This document shows, piece by piece, positions 34,907 to 46,927 of a stretch of 64,000 nt of DNA (position 1 is its first letter; each line of letters opens with the position of its first letter). Origin of the DNA: Rhodosorus marinus CCMP1338 (Eukaryota > Plantae > Rhodophyta); contig JAMWBK010000003.1 in assembly GCA_029953675.1 (NCBI GenBank), forward strand, positions 434,001-498,000, written 5' to 3'. Under the pieces are notes generated by a model, which saw only the letters and a program-made list of their open reading frames with translations, was not told the origin of the DNA and ran no database searches. The translations under genes and the position numbers were made by a program.

Positions 34907-37900
34907 TCATCGCGAGGATAGCTTCTTCTGTGCACTGATCAGAATGGTTTGTATTTCGTCTAGGAACTGACTGTTTCGCGTCTTTGTTGCCAATTCAATC
35001 GCTTCTTTCCCTAGACCGCATTGAGCGAGAGCTCTTGCCCGGTCGTGAGGATTCTATATTTGCTCGGAATCGAACACATTGAAGTTAGCTCGACAGCCTC
35101 TTGAGACCGAAACCGGCTTTCGAATTGGGCTTTTGCAAAGCCTACCTTGACCATTCTCGCATATGCAGCCGCCTCTTCAAAGTTCTTTCGACTCAGACAT
35201 GCCCTAACGAATGGCATGTATCCAGTCGCGGGGTTGTTTCCAGTAATCTTCAGCAAGTCTCGAATGCCTGCGAAATCGTCTTCTCCAGCAAGCGCATCCA
35301 CGCAAATAAAGATGAACCGCTGATCCTCGATCTGATAAGATTCCACAAAGAGTCATTCAGCAACCGGGTGCGTTTCCATACTTAAAGGAATCTGTACCTG
35401 AAGTTCCCTTTTCAGCCACTTTAAGACGCCCGTCCTGGTCGCCGAGCTTTGAGAGACGATAGCAGCGACTCTTAGAAGATCGCTGCTGGAAAAGTCCTGA
35501 ATCGTGCCGCTTGGGAACGACAACTTTCGCTCCAGATCTGCACCGACCAAGGCGACATTCGCCAAGTCAACGATAACTCCAGCTTCGAACTCGCACTGTT
35601 GCTTATAGCCGGGTTTGTTGCGAATTGAGGAAGCAAGGTTTCGTAGACTACTTGCACGCCGTCCAACTGAATCGTCACTCAATCTTCTTTCGAGTTCCGC
35701 CATAACTGCTTCGGAATAATGCCCGGTTTCCTCATATAGAATCAACCGCGCGCTGTGGTCTCCGGAGCGCCTTAACAGCGTGCTTAGAGATGCTACTGCC
35801 TGGGAACAACCAACCGGATCCATTCGCTCCTTGATGGTGCGCGAAATAGATCGGATTGTCTGATTCTGACGGAGGTTTTCAAGGACGTCCCAAACAAGCT
35901 CAAGATCGTTGCTAGCGACAGCGTCTGCTAACGCGGCTGGTCCAAGATCGAGTTCCATGAGAATCGGTACCTGAAAGGAAAAAAGAGGAGAGGAGGGTGA
36001 GGAAGGCACTAAAAACTGATGCACGATAAGGTTGACCAAGGGATTGACAGCCGTACCCTTCGAGCAGGGTCCTGCTCCTTTGAGATCAGAAGCTTGGCCA
36101 GACTAAGTCTACCTTTTCGCATCGCCACGTGGGATGCATCAACGTAGGGCGGGGTAAAGTGTGGAAACCGCGCAGCTATCTTTTCGAATTGTTCAATGCA
36201 CTTCGACGCAACGGCAGTCTCGCCGTCACGATCCTTCTCGATGAGCCGCTTTGCCCATCTGGTGATGACCTCTTCGGGGTCTGAGGCGTACCGTGGAACG
36301 GAAAGTAGAGTAGGGTCAATCAGAGTCCGAAACATCCGGGACGCGGTGGCTCACCGACGCAGTCTACGAAGATGTTGTGATAATTTTGAAAACTCACTGA
36401 TTTCGCAAAACGAAGCGATGCGAAAGGCGAGGTTGTCATCACCAAAGGCGGATACTCGATCAACCAAGGCAGCAGCACCGAGCTCGATAAACTCAGCTGC
36501 AGTTATCAGTACCGTTGGAGTACCGCTTCTTACTGAGTTGAGCACTCTCAGCGTCGTCGCTGTTCTTGGGAAGAGATTAGAATCCCGCAATGCCGTCGAA
36601 CCCTCACTTGGCTCTTGCGTGTAGCCGGCCTCTTCCTGAAACGCATCCGCATACGCAAATCCGTAACTTGCAGACCTCAGCAGTCCTTGCTGCTTTCGAA
36701 TCGTCCATTCGTGCCTAGCTGCAGCCAGGCATGTTTCGGCCGAGTTCACAATCGTGTTATCTTCCATGAGCAATTCTATGGCTGAGTGACGCTGCATGGC
36801 CTTCAAGAATCGAGAGTCGGGCGGCTGATCCGACGCGTCCACCTCAACGCTGTTGAACAATAAGGCAGATCCGTGCGTACTTCCCACTGCGAATACTCTC
36901 TCGGTATCCTTCGATACAAGTTCCACAAAGTCTACTGAACCAATACTCAATAGGCGCAGACCATCGCTTTCTGTGGCCAGTCGGGTGGAACTGGAAACGG
37001 TCCAGGTGGCATGCTCCCCTTTCGGACCGAAGACAACCAAAGTAGTACCGTAAACGGCGCTAACAGCGTCGTTTCCACACCAGGAGAGTTGATCCGGCTC
37101 CTGACGACTGCGGCTAGCCGACAAGTCGAACGGGGCTTTCCATTGCAGGACAATTCTTGGTCCGGATTTGGTAATCACGAGGATCGTGCCATTTGCTAAG
37201 GCTCCAGTCAGCAGCTCTCCATTGGGGGAGAGCGAGATATGGGATATACTCTCGCTAAGGTCGAGGACCCTGGGTTTCAACCAGCCCGGCGAAAGGACGA
37301 CGAAGCAGGATCCAGCGCAGCTGAGGAAGATTTCCAGTTGGTTCTCGTCTAGATCGGCTGCGGCAATTGTGGATGAAGCTTGATACACCCGCCTGGGCGG
37401 AAGGAACGACTCCGCTACGGATAGAGGTCTGGAGTTCAACTTGCCGTTTCGATACGAAACAGACCACAGGTTTCCTTTCACTCCGCGGAGGACAATCTGT
37501 CCCTTTCGTGTGATAGCTGCGTCAAAGATCTCCTCCTGCGCCTCGAGGGAGGCCGTATCGAGGATGTGCCCTTCGATGTTGAACTTGGTGACTCTCCCAT
37601 TCGACTGAACGACCAAGAGCGCGTCACGTTCGTCCCATCCAAGAGTCAACACTCTGTTGACTCCGGTTCCTAGCTGCATGGACCCTTCCGCGGATAGTAA
37701 CCGACCAGAGGGCGTACAAATCTCTATTCCCAGGCCAATGCTCCATCCAAACCCTCCACATAGAGCAATTGGCCCCGCACACCTGGCAACCCCTAGTATA
37801 CAGCCCTTCCATTCATCAATCACCTTACGCGGCCACTCCGCGTGCTTACAAAGGCTCAGCTTTCGATAGTTGCGATCCTCAACCTGGCACCAACGTATCC

Positions 37901-37928
37901 ATTCCTCCTCGTTATCCTCTTCATCCAT
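34907..37928 (-). CDS. VPS16: HOPS/CORVET subunit Vps16
   Basis: N-terminal W..VEDRNYRK..ARCAGPIAL, QLSWCGNDAV, C-terminal helical region (PYVDASHVAM..LAKLLI; FVRACL). Last exon spliced as NPHDRARALAQCG...KKLSSR*. Alternative ATG at 37985. Confidence 0.85.
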
Positions 37929-38730
37929 CCTGAGCACTCCCGACTTGCTTACATCAGAACAAAGCCTAGAAAGGCAGCATTCCATCCTTCATTCGATGAA
38001 GAGGACATAAACTTGGTCTTGCCATCGTCTTAAAGGAAAACATGTGGTGATGCTTCTCCGGTCCTGTTTTACGCATATAAGAACAGATCCTTCTCTCCCA
38101 ACGTATCCATCGAGAAGATCGCAATCCTCTGGCTGTGAACAACTAATTCGGAGGTGGGTCCGTAGGCGCATTTTGAAGACGGGCCGATGAGCTTTTGAGC
38201 TGTTCCCGGGGCCTTAAGCAGATGTCTCTCAGTTAGAAACGGCTGGAGGAGGGAATAGTTCTCGCTGTCTCCATCGACAATATCCCGGCTTTGGTTGTAC
38301 GTGTGTTCAAAATGGGACAAATACGACTGGGATCGGCCATTTTAGTTTGGACTCAAGACAGACATGGGTCAGTGCAGGACAGACCTTCTCGAAAAGGCTC
38401 GTCTTTGCATCCTTTCGACAAAGACGTTGAAGAAGACACACAAGACATGGGAGACTTCGCTTTTTTAGAGATTTGGTTGTAAGAAAGCTCGCAACTCAAA
38501 AACCTTGAGTTTTATAACGAAACTATTGAAGAAGGCGCAAAAGGGTGTTTCAAATATAATTAGATAGCAAATGGACTGGAAGATTGTTTTATGAAAAGAA
38601 TTAGATCCAGACATAGAAATTGAATTTAGAAGTAACTTGTTAAGAAAATTCTGCATTTGACAAGTATCCTGCATTGCTCCTGAGAGCGTGTTATAGGTCA
38701 AGCATAAGCTTCAGTAGCCCGTTCAAGATT

Positions 38731-39360
38731 TCAATCTTCATCGCTAGACGACGCGAGGGCCTGGAGAAAAGCCGCCGACTCGTCAATCCTCTGATCTCTG
38801 TGCACGTACTCTGAAGTGGCTTGAAGCATGTTCAGTTTGGAGAAGTCATCGATTCTTTCAACTTCTTCAGCATCCTCGACGTCATCCAGCGGTTGGTACT
38901 CATACGATTGGCCGGACTCCTCCACGGCGCTCTCCCGTTTGCCTCCGATTATACGAATCAACCAGTTCATGCACGTCCTTCCGAAGTCATCGTCCACTTT
39001 GACAACAGTAAAATCGCTCCCTAGGGCTACAGTCGCTTCTCTGGCAGTAGCTGTTTCAACTTCCGCGTGTAAACAGGCTACAAGGCAGGGAATGTCTCTT
39101 GACAGAGTATTCCAGCCATCATCATTACCTTCTTCCTCTCCCATGAGGAGAATGATCGAAGCGTCTGGTTCCGTAAGAGACCCGTCTGCGTAACCTTCAA
39201 ACTCAACCAATCGGCCTTCAGCTGTAAATGAAAACTTTTCGCGGCGCGAAAAGTGTTCGCCCAGTTCATTCGCAATGAGCTCAAGGCCTCCGAACCTGAA
39301 ACGGTCGTCTCCACCAACTGAATGGACGACAACCTGAAACGACTCTTCTTCTTCCTCCAT
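38731..39360 (-). CDS. Acidic ~209-aa protein, weak resemblance to alpha/gamma-adaptin-binding protein p34
   Basis: Open intronless frame with coding-like composition. C-terminal FSKL..QRIDESAAFLQAL recalls p34; assignment unverified. Confidence 0.45.
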   Translation of the reverse strand: MEEEEESFQVVVHSVGGDDRFRFGGLELIANELGEHFSRREKFSFTAEGRLVEFEGYADGSLTEPDASIILLMGEEEGNDDGWNTLSRDIPCLVACLHAEVETATAREATVALGSDFTVVKVDDDFGRTCMNWLIRIIGGKRESAVEESGQSYEYQPLDDVEDAEEVERIDDFSKLNMLQATSEYVHRDQRIDESAAFLQALASSSDED

Positions 39361-39844
39361 CAGAAGACAAAGCTCGCTTCCGACGGAAGAAAGCTCCAAC
39401 GAAGACGACCAGACTCCTTCACAACCAGAACGTTGACTACTCTCTCTCATCGCTCAGATAATTAATTTCAGAGGATCAACTACACCGGAAATCAGCTGGA
39501 TATTGTCTCCTGCTCTGACCTCTGCTTCACCATGAATATAGATTCCAAAACTGCAGTAGAGACAGCTTGTAGAGGAAATAGTTTGACGAAATAAAACGAG
39601 TCTGTGACGCCCAATGCTTCTGGGTGTATTTTCCGAATCCTCCTGGGAGAAGATTTCTTCGCCTCGTTAGTCAGCGCCAGATCGGGCAAGCCGAGCGCAC
39701 ACGAGCGGGGACCACCGAAAGGGTAGTTGGAAAATAGAGCCAGTTTGTCTTATTATGATCAAGTGTACGAGGTCTGCAAGCGGCAGTTTCTTGGCGAAAG
39801 GTCCGTATTGAGACTTGACCGAAAGTACAAGACTCGAATGTGTT

Positions 39845-42800
39845 CTACGATGACCCAACATCGTCAGCGTCCCATCTATGGACCGGTGGAACATCGGGTT
39901 CTTCGTCAGTCCATTCGTCAGGTGCCGACTCCGCAGATTCGTCCGAACTCCACGCAGAGCGTCCCGCTGCTCGCCCTGCAGTAGTAGGAGCATCTCCCCA
40001 GGAGGTCCCTGCAGGTTGGAACCTCATCTTGGCCTGCAAAAAGCGGACAGAAACGGATCAATTCAGATCCTGGTGAAAGAATGTGTAGCAACCTGGCCGA
40101 GAGAATTTTCTCACCCTGAAATTCTCGTCGCAAGCCAGCTGGCGGAAGCTCTTGCTGGTTGTGGCTAAAGGCATTCGAAAGACAAATCTCTTCCGCATCC
40201 TTAGCATCTCAGTGGCAATATACCTCTGCTCGGGATTCGCGAATTGGAGAGTAACCTCAGCTCTGGCAGAGTCAGCTCCCCCAACACCACGTTCGACGGC
40301 ATTGACAACTTCGTACGTTGGGAATACCGTCTCAAGTTCTGCAGCTTTCTCCTTCGTAGACTCGATCTTTGAGAGGATGTTAGAGACGCCTTCAGTGGGC
40401 ACTCGCCCACCAATAGCAACCACCAGTCTCCTCCTCGCCTTGTAATCCGCCTCAAGCCTGAATGTGGACGTTGAGCTCTATGTGAGATTCTATTGATGTT
40501 GCCGGCCAATTCAGCCCCAGGGGTAGATACCTTTCGGCTGCATCGGTTTGGGCTCTGGCGGCCGATAAGAGTACTTTCGGAGTCCGACTAGCTTGACGCG
40601 ATGATTGCTCGATCCGCAGGACTTGCTCATTGTTTGGGTCCGCTTGAAGCGACATCTTGTACCTACGAAACGTCAAATGGAACTCAATCGGGTGAGGACA
40701 GCACGGATTGACGAGTACAATAAGAAGGTTCCTGATAGTGGCCTACTCTACGGCAAGCTTGGTCGCGCAGGCTCGGTCCAATGAACCAAGCGGACGAAGA
40801 GATATGGTTCCTTCGCAGGAGCCAGAAACAGCTGAAGCAAAAATGTTCTCCAGATACGTAACCTTGCGGAGGGCGGAAGGAAGAAAAGTCGTTCAGGTCT
40901 AATGAGTCTGTCATACCAACTGCGGTTTGATGGCGGGGATTGTCTTTTTGGACTCACTGTTTCCAGTTCTGAGCGAGCGTAGTCCATCAGAAAGTCCGAA
41001 AAGCTCGCCGGTTTGATAAGTTCTGCCTCCTTCACTTGTACACGAGACTGGATCGGCACCGCCGCCGGGTTGACAGTACGAGTCGGGTCAGCAACAACCT
41101 GCTGTGATGCAATACTATCTTCCAACTTGTTCATAGTCTCTGTGTTTTCCCCTTTTGCGTCTCGCTCTACTCCAATAGCCTCGGCGAGTCTCTCGTTTCT
41201 TGCCAACTGCGCGCATACATCATCACACGCAAGTCGAACTGCAATACCTCCAATTTTCTCTGCGTCCGAGGACGGTCTGAAACCTTGTCGAAGCCTGAAA
41301 ATGAAGTAGAATGAGCTGACGAAAGCAGAGACTGCTCTACATACTTTGTAAAACAACAGCGATCGCGCTCCGGTTCACGGCAGCCTTGCCTCCAAATATC
41401 AGAGGGATCAAATGCGGGAAACGCTCTCCGCGAATACCGGGAATGCCTGTGAGCAACTTACTCCGTGTTGCAGCCATTTTTTCTCGCTTGCCTTCCGCAG
41501 AGACATCGAACCTGAGTATCCAGGGCAAAACAGAATCACTTCGCATTCAGCAATCCAGCTTCCTTTGAGCTATTGACCATGGTTGAAGATCAATCCAATA
41601 CCCAAACTGGAAACTGGCACTCATAATAGGGACACCCCGCTGTCCCGTGACACTAAAAAAGCATAGGAGACTTTGAAGATCAGTGGTTTGAAGTTACCAA
41701 GCGCTTGGTGGAAATCCAATATCGTTTCGTACAAAATCAGCGCAGGGGTGTCCACAAGGTCGCCGCGGAAGCCCGCATATATTTTCACATCGGAATTCTC
41801 CCTCTCCAGGAGCATTAACGTTGCTCTCGCTATCACCCACTCCTTTGGAGCTGTTCGCCGAAGTACAGGGATCGATATGACAGTACCTCCTGCACTTCAG
41901 GAAAAACCCTGGCATTAGATCATCTCGTTGGCGCAGGATGCGGGCGCGGGGGATAGCTCTGGTTGTATGCGACTGGATCATACCTGCAGGCATGCACGCC
42001 GCAAGGCAGTGGTTTGTTACAGGGTCTACCACACGTGACATTCTCTACGAAACAAGGCACCACGCGCTTCTCACCATGTCCTAGCGAAACGGGGACGAGC
42101 GAAAAACAAAAACCAACAACGGTCGGTGTTGAGTCGCGTGTGGTGTCGTCCCTAACCGAGCATCACTGGTGTACAAATCATCCTTCTTAGGACCCGAAAC
42201 TTACTTGCACAAAACTTAGTAACAATTGCTACGCACTTCTCGCAGTCACCGTGATGGCACGTATCTGGGCACGGGTGGGCACAAGACCTTTGCTTTGTAC
42301 ACGGGCGGTCACACTCTGGGGGTTCCACTCCACATCTGTTCAAACCAAAACTAACACTAAATCAGCCAAATCCGCAAGCGGGTAAGAGGCGGTGCGCGGC
42401 AGCTTGGAGCCTACCGCACTGGTGGGGGAATAACGCTCGCTCCACAGAAGCATGAGATCGGCTCACGAATTAAATAACCACATGTAGGACAATCACCTGG
42501 TCGCAACAGGATCAAAGTGATGGTTTAGTCCCTACAACCGATGACATACGGGCAACCTTTTGCACTCTGATGCTGAGGATTCGTATATACCCCTGTGCCC
42601 GCAGTCGAGGTCACATCCATGCAGACCACAGTTGAGAAGCTTTTCACACTGTTCGTTGCAGTTATGCTTGCTGAATTCCGCCCCACGCATTGAAGCCCAG
42701 AGCCTTTTACTAGCGGCGGATTCTTTGACCTTTCGTTTCCTTTCTGGACAGCAGCTTTCCTGCTCAGCACGGAGTTCGTGGCTCAGAGTTCATCTAAAGA

Positions 42801-45369
42801 AGATCTTTTCACCTAGCGAAACTGATGGATTGATTGCAGTTTACCGAGCAATTGTGCCTTTTGCAGTTCAGCTTGTCTGAGCATACTACTTTGCACCGAG
42901 CCGTTGTCCTAGCCGATTCTTCATCCGTACTGCACTTGAGAGTAAATACCTTGTCACCGCACGCGCAGAGAACATCCACCTAACCCGCGAGTATCAACCG
43001 GGAGAGCACAGTGAGTTAAACGCAGCTTGCACCCTTTCAACGAGCGAGAAGGGAACAGATCAATGGTTGTTTAGACATAAGCGTACCGTTTTCTGGCATG
43101 GACCGCATTCGGCTGTATGCCCACAAATTTGCTCACACGAGTGCCCAGAAAGGCATGACAACGGCTTGCCACAGGGCTGTCCACAGCTCGGGACAGTAGA
43201 CAGACAATCACTTCGTGACATTTTCTCGGCAACTGAAAGCCCTGTCTGCAAATCATCGGCCAGACATGCGTCTTTAGGTTAGAATTTCACTAGACAAAGT
43301 ACTGCAGGGAGGCTCCACTGTTTTCACATGTTCGGGCAGAAAAAAGCGAACCTTCCCGCAGGCGCAATAGTCGCGTACTTGTGGGCTTAGGGCACACACA
43401 CCGCATGGAGGCGAGTGGCAGCCCTTCTCGCAGCGGTGGTTTCCACAAGTGAGCTCCCCATCGCAGAGCTTTTGACACGCAAAACCGCCACCTGAGCAAA
43501 ACCAAACCAGGAGCTCTTCCGATCTTAGGGCTCGAAAGTACTCCCGCAAAGACCTGGTGACTCATCCGTGCACGAATTGATTCACGTACCCGACGATGTA
43601 TCCACCGATACAAAAGCACAGGGTAGCTGTGCAAGCGTCTTCCCACAAAAGCACGGAGTCTCAACGACTTCAACACAGTCACCACATGAGCCGGAATGAC
43701 AAACTTGGTTGCAAAAATGGCTCTTCCGGACGCAGTTCATCGATTTCCCACATGCTCCACCTAAGATTGGTTTGTGATGCACGTGCAGTTTTGATCAGCA
43801 CGGGATAGAATCCAGGAAGATGGTGGAAAGCGAACTCGTGCAGATGCAAAATTGGAGCACACAGATGACCACACATACCACAGCTATAGCCCTCAGCAGG
43901 TCTCGGCTCTGAGCACTTTCTCTTGATAGTTTCCTTTCCGCAGTGACAGGCTTCAGCTGCTGACCACAATAAGCAAGGGGGGCAAGGACCTACAAACACT
44001 GCGTGTTTCAGTAAATTTTCGCGATGATCTTTGAGCGAGTTAAAGACTCACCAGGATGACAGCGTTCTGTACAAGGATGGGTACATGTAGATCTGACCAA
44101 AGACAGCAAAACCGAAGAGATTTAGACAGCGGGCTATTGATTTTGTTTTGCTACTGGCCTTGTTGCGAGTGCTTAAGATTGTTTACCCAACTGCACCTCG
44201 AGATCTCCCACATATTTCCCCACAAGAATGGGGGGTGATGCCCGGGTCAGACTCTGGGTTCACTCGTCGGCCGCAGAAGCAAGTGTATGCAAAGCTCCGT
44301 CCAAGACCTTCATCTTGACACCCCGGACAGCGCCAGGAAGCATCAGAGTCTCTTTCATTATTGTTCTGGGTACGGGCGCTCGTCGTAGAGCTTTTTGCCC
44401 ACTTTCGGACACACCCGATGTGGAAGATAGCATAACAGCGACGGCACGACCTAGACCAATCCCGCAAAATTCTTCAGCCAGCGCCCACGACCGAAAGTTC
44501 ATCATGTCATCGGCATACAGCGTCCTGGGTTACACTTACCATACTTTATCGCGTCGCAGGACGTTCTCAAAGCAAACCATGCACTCATATTCTTGTCTTT
44601 CCAGTTTCTCGATCAGAACCACTGCCAGCTCAGTTAATGCTGGTGCATCCGTATCGCGGGCAGCTTTTACAGTATCTCGCCTTTGGTATCGTCTCGATCT
44701 GCCGGACAAAAAAGCACCAGACTTTTTCCCGCTTTTTTTATTTGGATGTGTCACCTGGGACGGTACCAACTGCGCCTGTCGCCTGCTATTTCGATGCCGA
44801 GATCTTGAACTGGATATGGTCACTTCCGCTAGTGCTTCCGAGATGTTTTCAGCCCCATCCTCCACGCTTCTTTCTCCTAGGTTTTCTCCAGACGGGAGAG
44901 CGTCTTCCTGTCTCCTCAGTGCAGACTTTGGGTATCTTCTTTTCGAAGTTCGTTGACGCGAGTTCGATGTGGAGACGTTCGCCGCTGCCTCTGACGTATT
45001 CTCGCTTTCGCGCTGGACACCGGAAGGTCCGCCCTCTTTCACCTCAGACGCAACTGGAATCTCCTGTCGCAACATCCTAGATTTCCGGTCTGTTACTTTT
45101 CCACTACCTTTAAGAGATCTTCCATCCCTTCCTGGCCGTCCAGTTGGCCTAGACGAGCTCTTTTCTCCGGCACCTTCAACCCCGCTTCCCCTCCCGGGCG
45201 CGTCGCCAGGCGCCAGCGCGTGGCCCCTCCTCCACGAAAGCTCCTCCTCAACTCCCGAAGGAGACTTCAGCTTGTACTTGATACGCCCCTCAAAACGCCT
45301 ATCCTGTCCAGACCTCCCACCGGAACTGCCCCCAGCTTCCTGCGCCGCATCCTCAGACTTACTATCCAT
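39845..45369 (-). CDS. NFX1: NF-X1-type zinc finger protein with RING-like finger, multiple NF-X1 repeats, R3H-like and RRM-like C-terminus; many exons
   Basis: YECMVC..SCRRCYAIFHIGCVRKW, WRCPGCQ, PHSCGEICG, repeated CG.H.C...CH.G.C. The downstream exons (LACDDVCAQLARNERLAEAI; FSDFLMDYAR) match the NFX1 C-terminus, so the 39845-41546 ORFs belong to this gene. Confidence 0.85.
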
Positions 45370-46927
45370 CCAACCGCAAGTACATATACACAAACAGAAA
45401 GTTGCAAGAAAACCTAACAAACAGGTATCCAAAGAAAACGGAAGAGAAAAAACAAAGGCTCTTACAGAATCGTAACAACGATTGATCTATTTAATACATC
45501 CACATCTACCATCCATACCAATCGATAGCTCTCACCCACAAGCCCACCGACCGCCCTCATCAGTAAAAGTACTTAATGACTCACCCAATTCCAACATTAC
45601 CGAAGTGGGACATTCAATCCAAATTCCGATTCTGGGACAATGTTAATGATTGTTTTGTTCCAGCTATTTTTAGTCTTATTTGTTGAGATTATTTGTTTGC
45701 ATTCTTCTTCTCTTTTTTTCAGATTTTTAATGTTGAGAAAAACTGGGGAACTGCGGAACTGGGGAAGCAGTGGGGGAAGAACTGACTGGCGCAGGTGACA
45801 AGCGCTGAGCGTTTCAGACACAGTCGCAACATTTGTGCTTGGAAGAGGCTAGATCCGCAGGTATGGATCTCTCTATTTCGTCAAGACCTGTTCTGGATGA
45901 TCAGGCTTAAGATAAATGTAGCATGCTGGAACCCCTCTTTCGGGTTTGTGTAGGCATTCAGGTGGGACATGGATTGGGGAGGAGTGGAGCCTGATTTCTG
46001 GATTTTGCTTGCTCGAGGCGTACGACCGGAAGGAGATTCAACGCGTTCGTTTTATCTTATCCCAACCTAGAAGGCTTTTTTCGACTCGTTGGGTCCCATG
46101 CAGGGTTACGTTTGGAGGGTAAGAGGTTGGACAGACAAATGTTGTTTACGCCTGGTGCGGCTGCAGAGAATGTGTGTGTGGTAGTTTGTGCATTAGGGTC
46201 CGCGCTGATGTACCCACAGTGCCGAATGACGGACTCTAGCTGGTTGTCCATGTGCGACTGTGCACGCGAGGTTTGGAGCCTAAAGTTCAGCGAATACATT
46301 AGGCCTCCATCGCCGAGGGGTTCGCACCGTTTAAATAAGATTGGATTCGCAGACTGCCGTGTTTGTTGAAGCGTCGCAGTACGTTGCTTCTTATGTCGCC
46401 TCGTACATGCCGCTAGTGCACTTGCGACGCCGCTTTATGTATTTGGAGTCTACTCCGATGAATGTCTTTTCTGGGCCATTGCCAGGTTAGCACCTCGATT
46501 TGGGCTGTCTGCAGAACTAGTCGGACGAATCCCGGAACGACGAAATATCTCCTTCCCCACCGTCCCTCCTCAATTTGCTTTGTGATTATTCACAAGCCAG
46601 ATAGCTTTGGCTTCTGATCTGGCTCTGGACATCGTAAACGAGGACTCAGGGTAAGCTTTTTGCCATGGATACTGTCGCGACACGGGTCCGGCCGAACGGC
46701 CTCTGGGGGACCGGACCACTGCGAGAGTGGCGTACAAAGCCCTGTGGAGTTTGCTAGTCTTCCCCGATGTACAGACTGCAACGTGGTCAGCTGTTTTGTT
46801 CGAAGCCGACAGGTGGTCTGGTTCCATGTCAGACGCCTCGTCTGGCGGCGAGCATATCGAGCCGTACAGTGCAGATCGTGCTCAGTACAAAATCTTCTGT
46901 TCCTCTCAATTCACCTTCCGGAAGAGG

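Noticed and set aside
39845-41546. A separate hypothetical gene downstream of NFX1
   Set aside because: These exons splice to the NF-X1 repeats and match the NFX1 C-terminal motifs.
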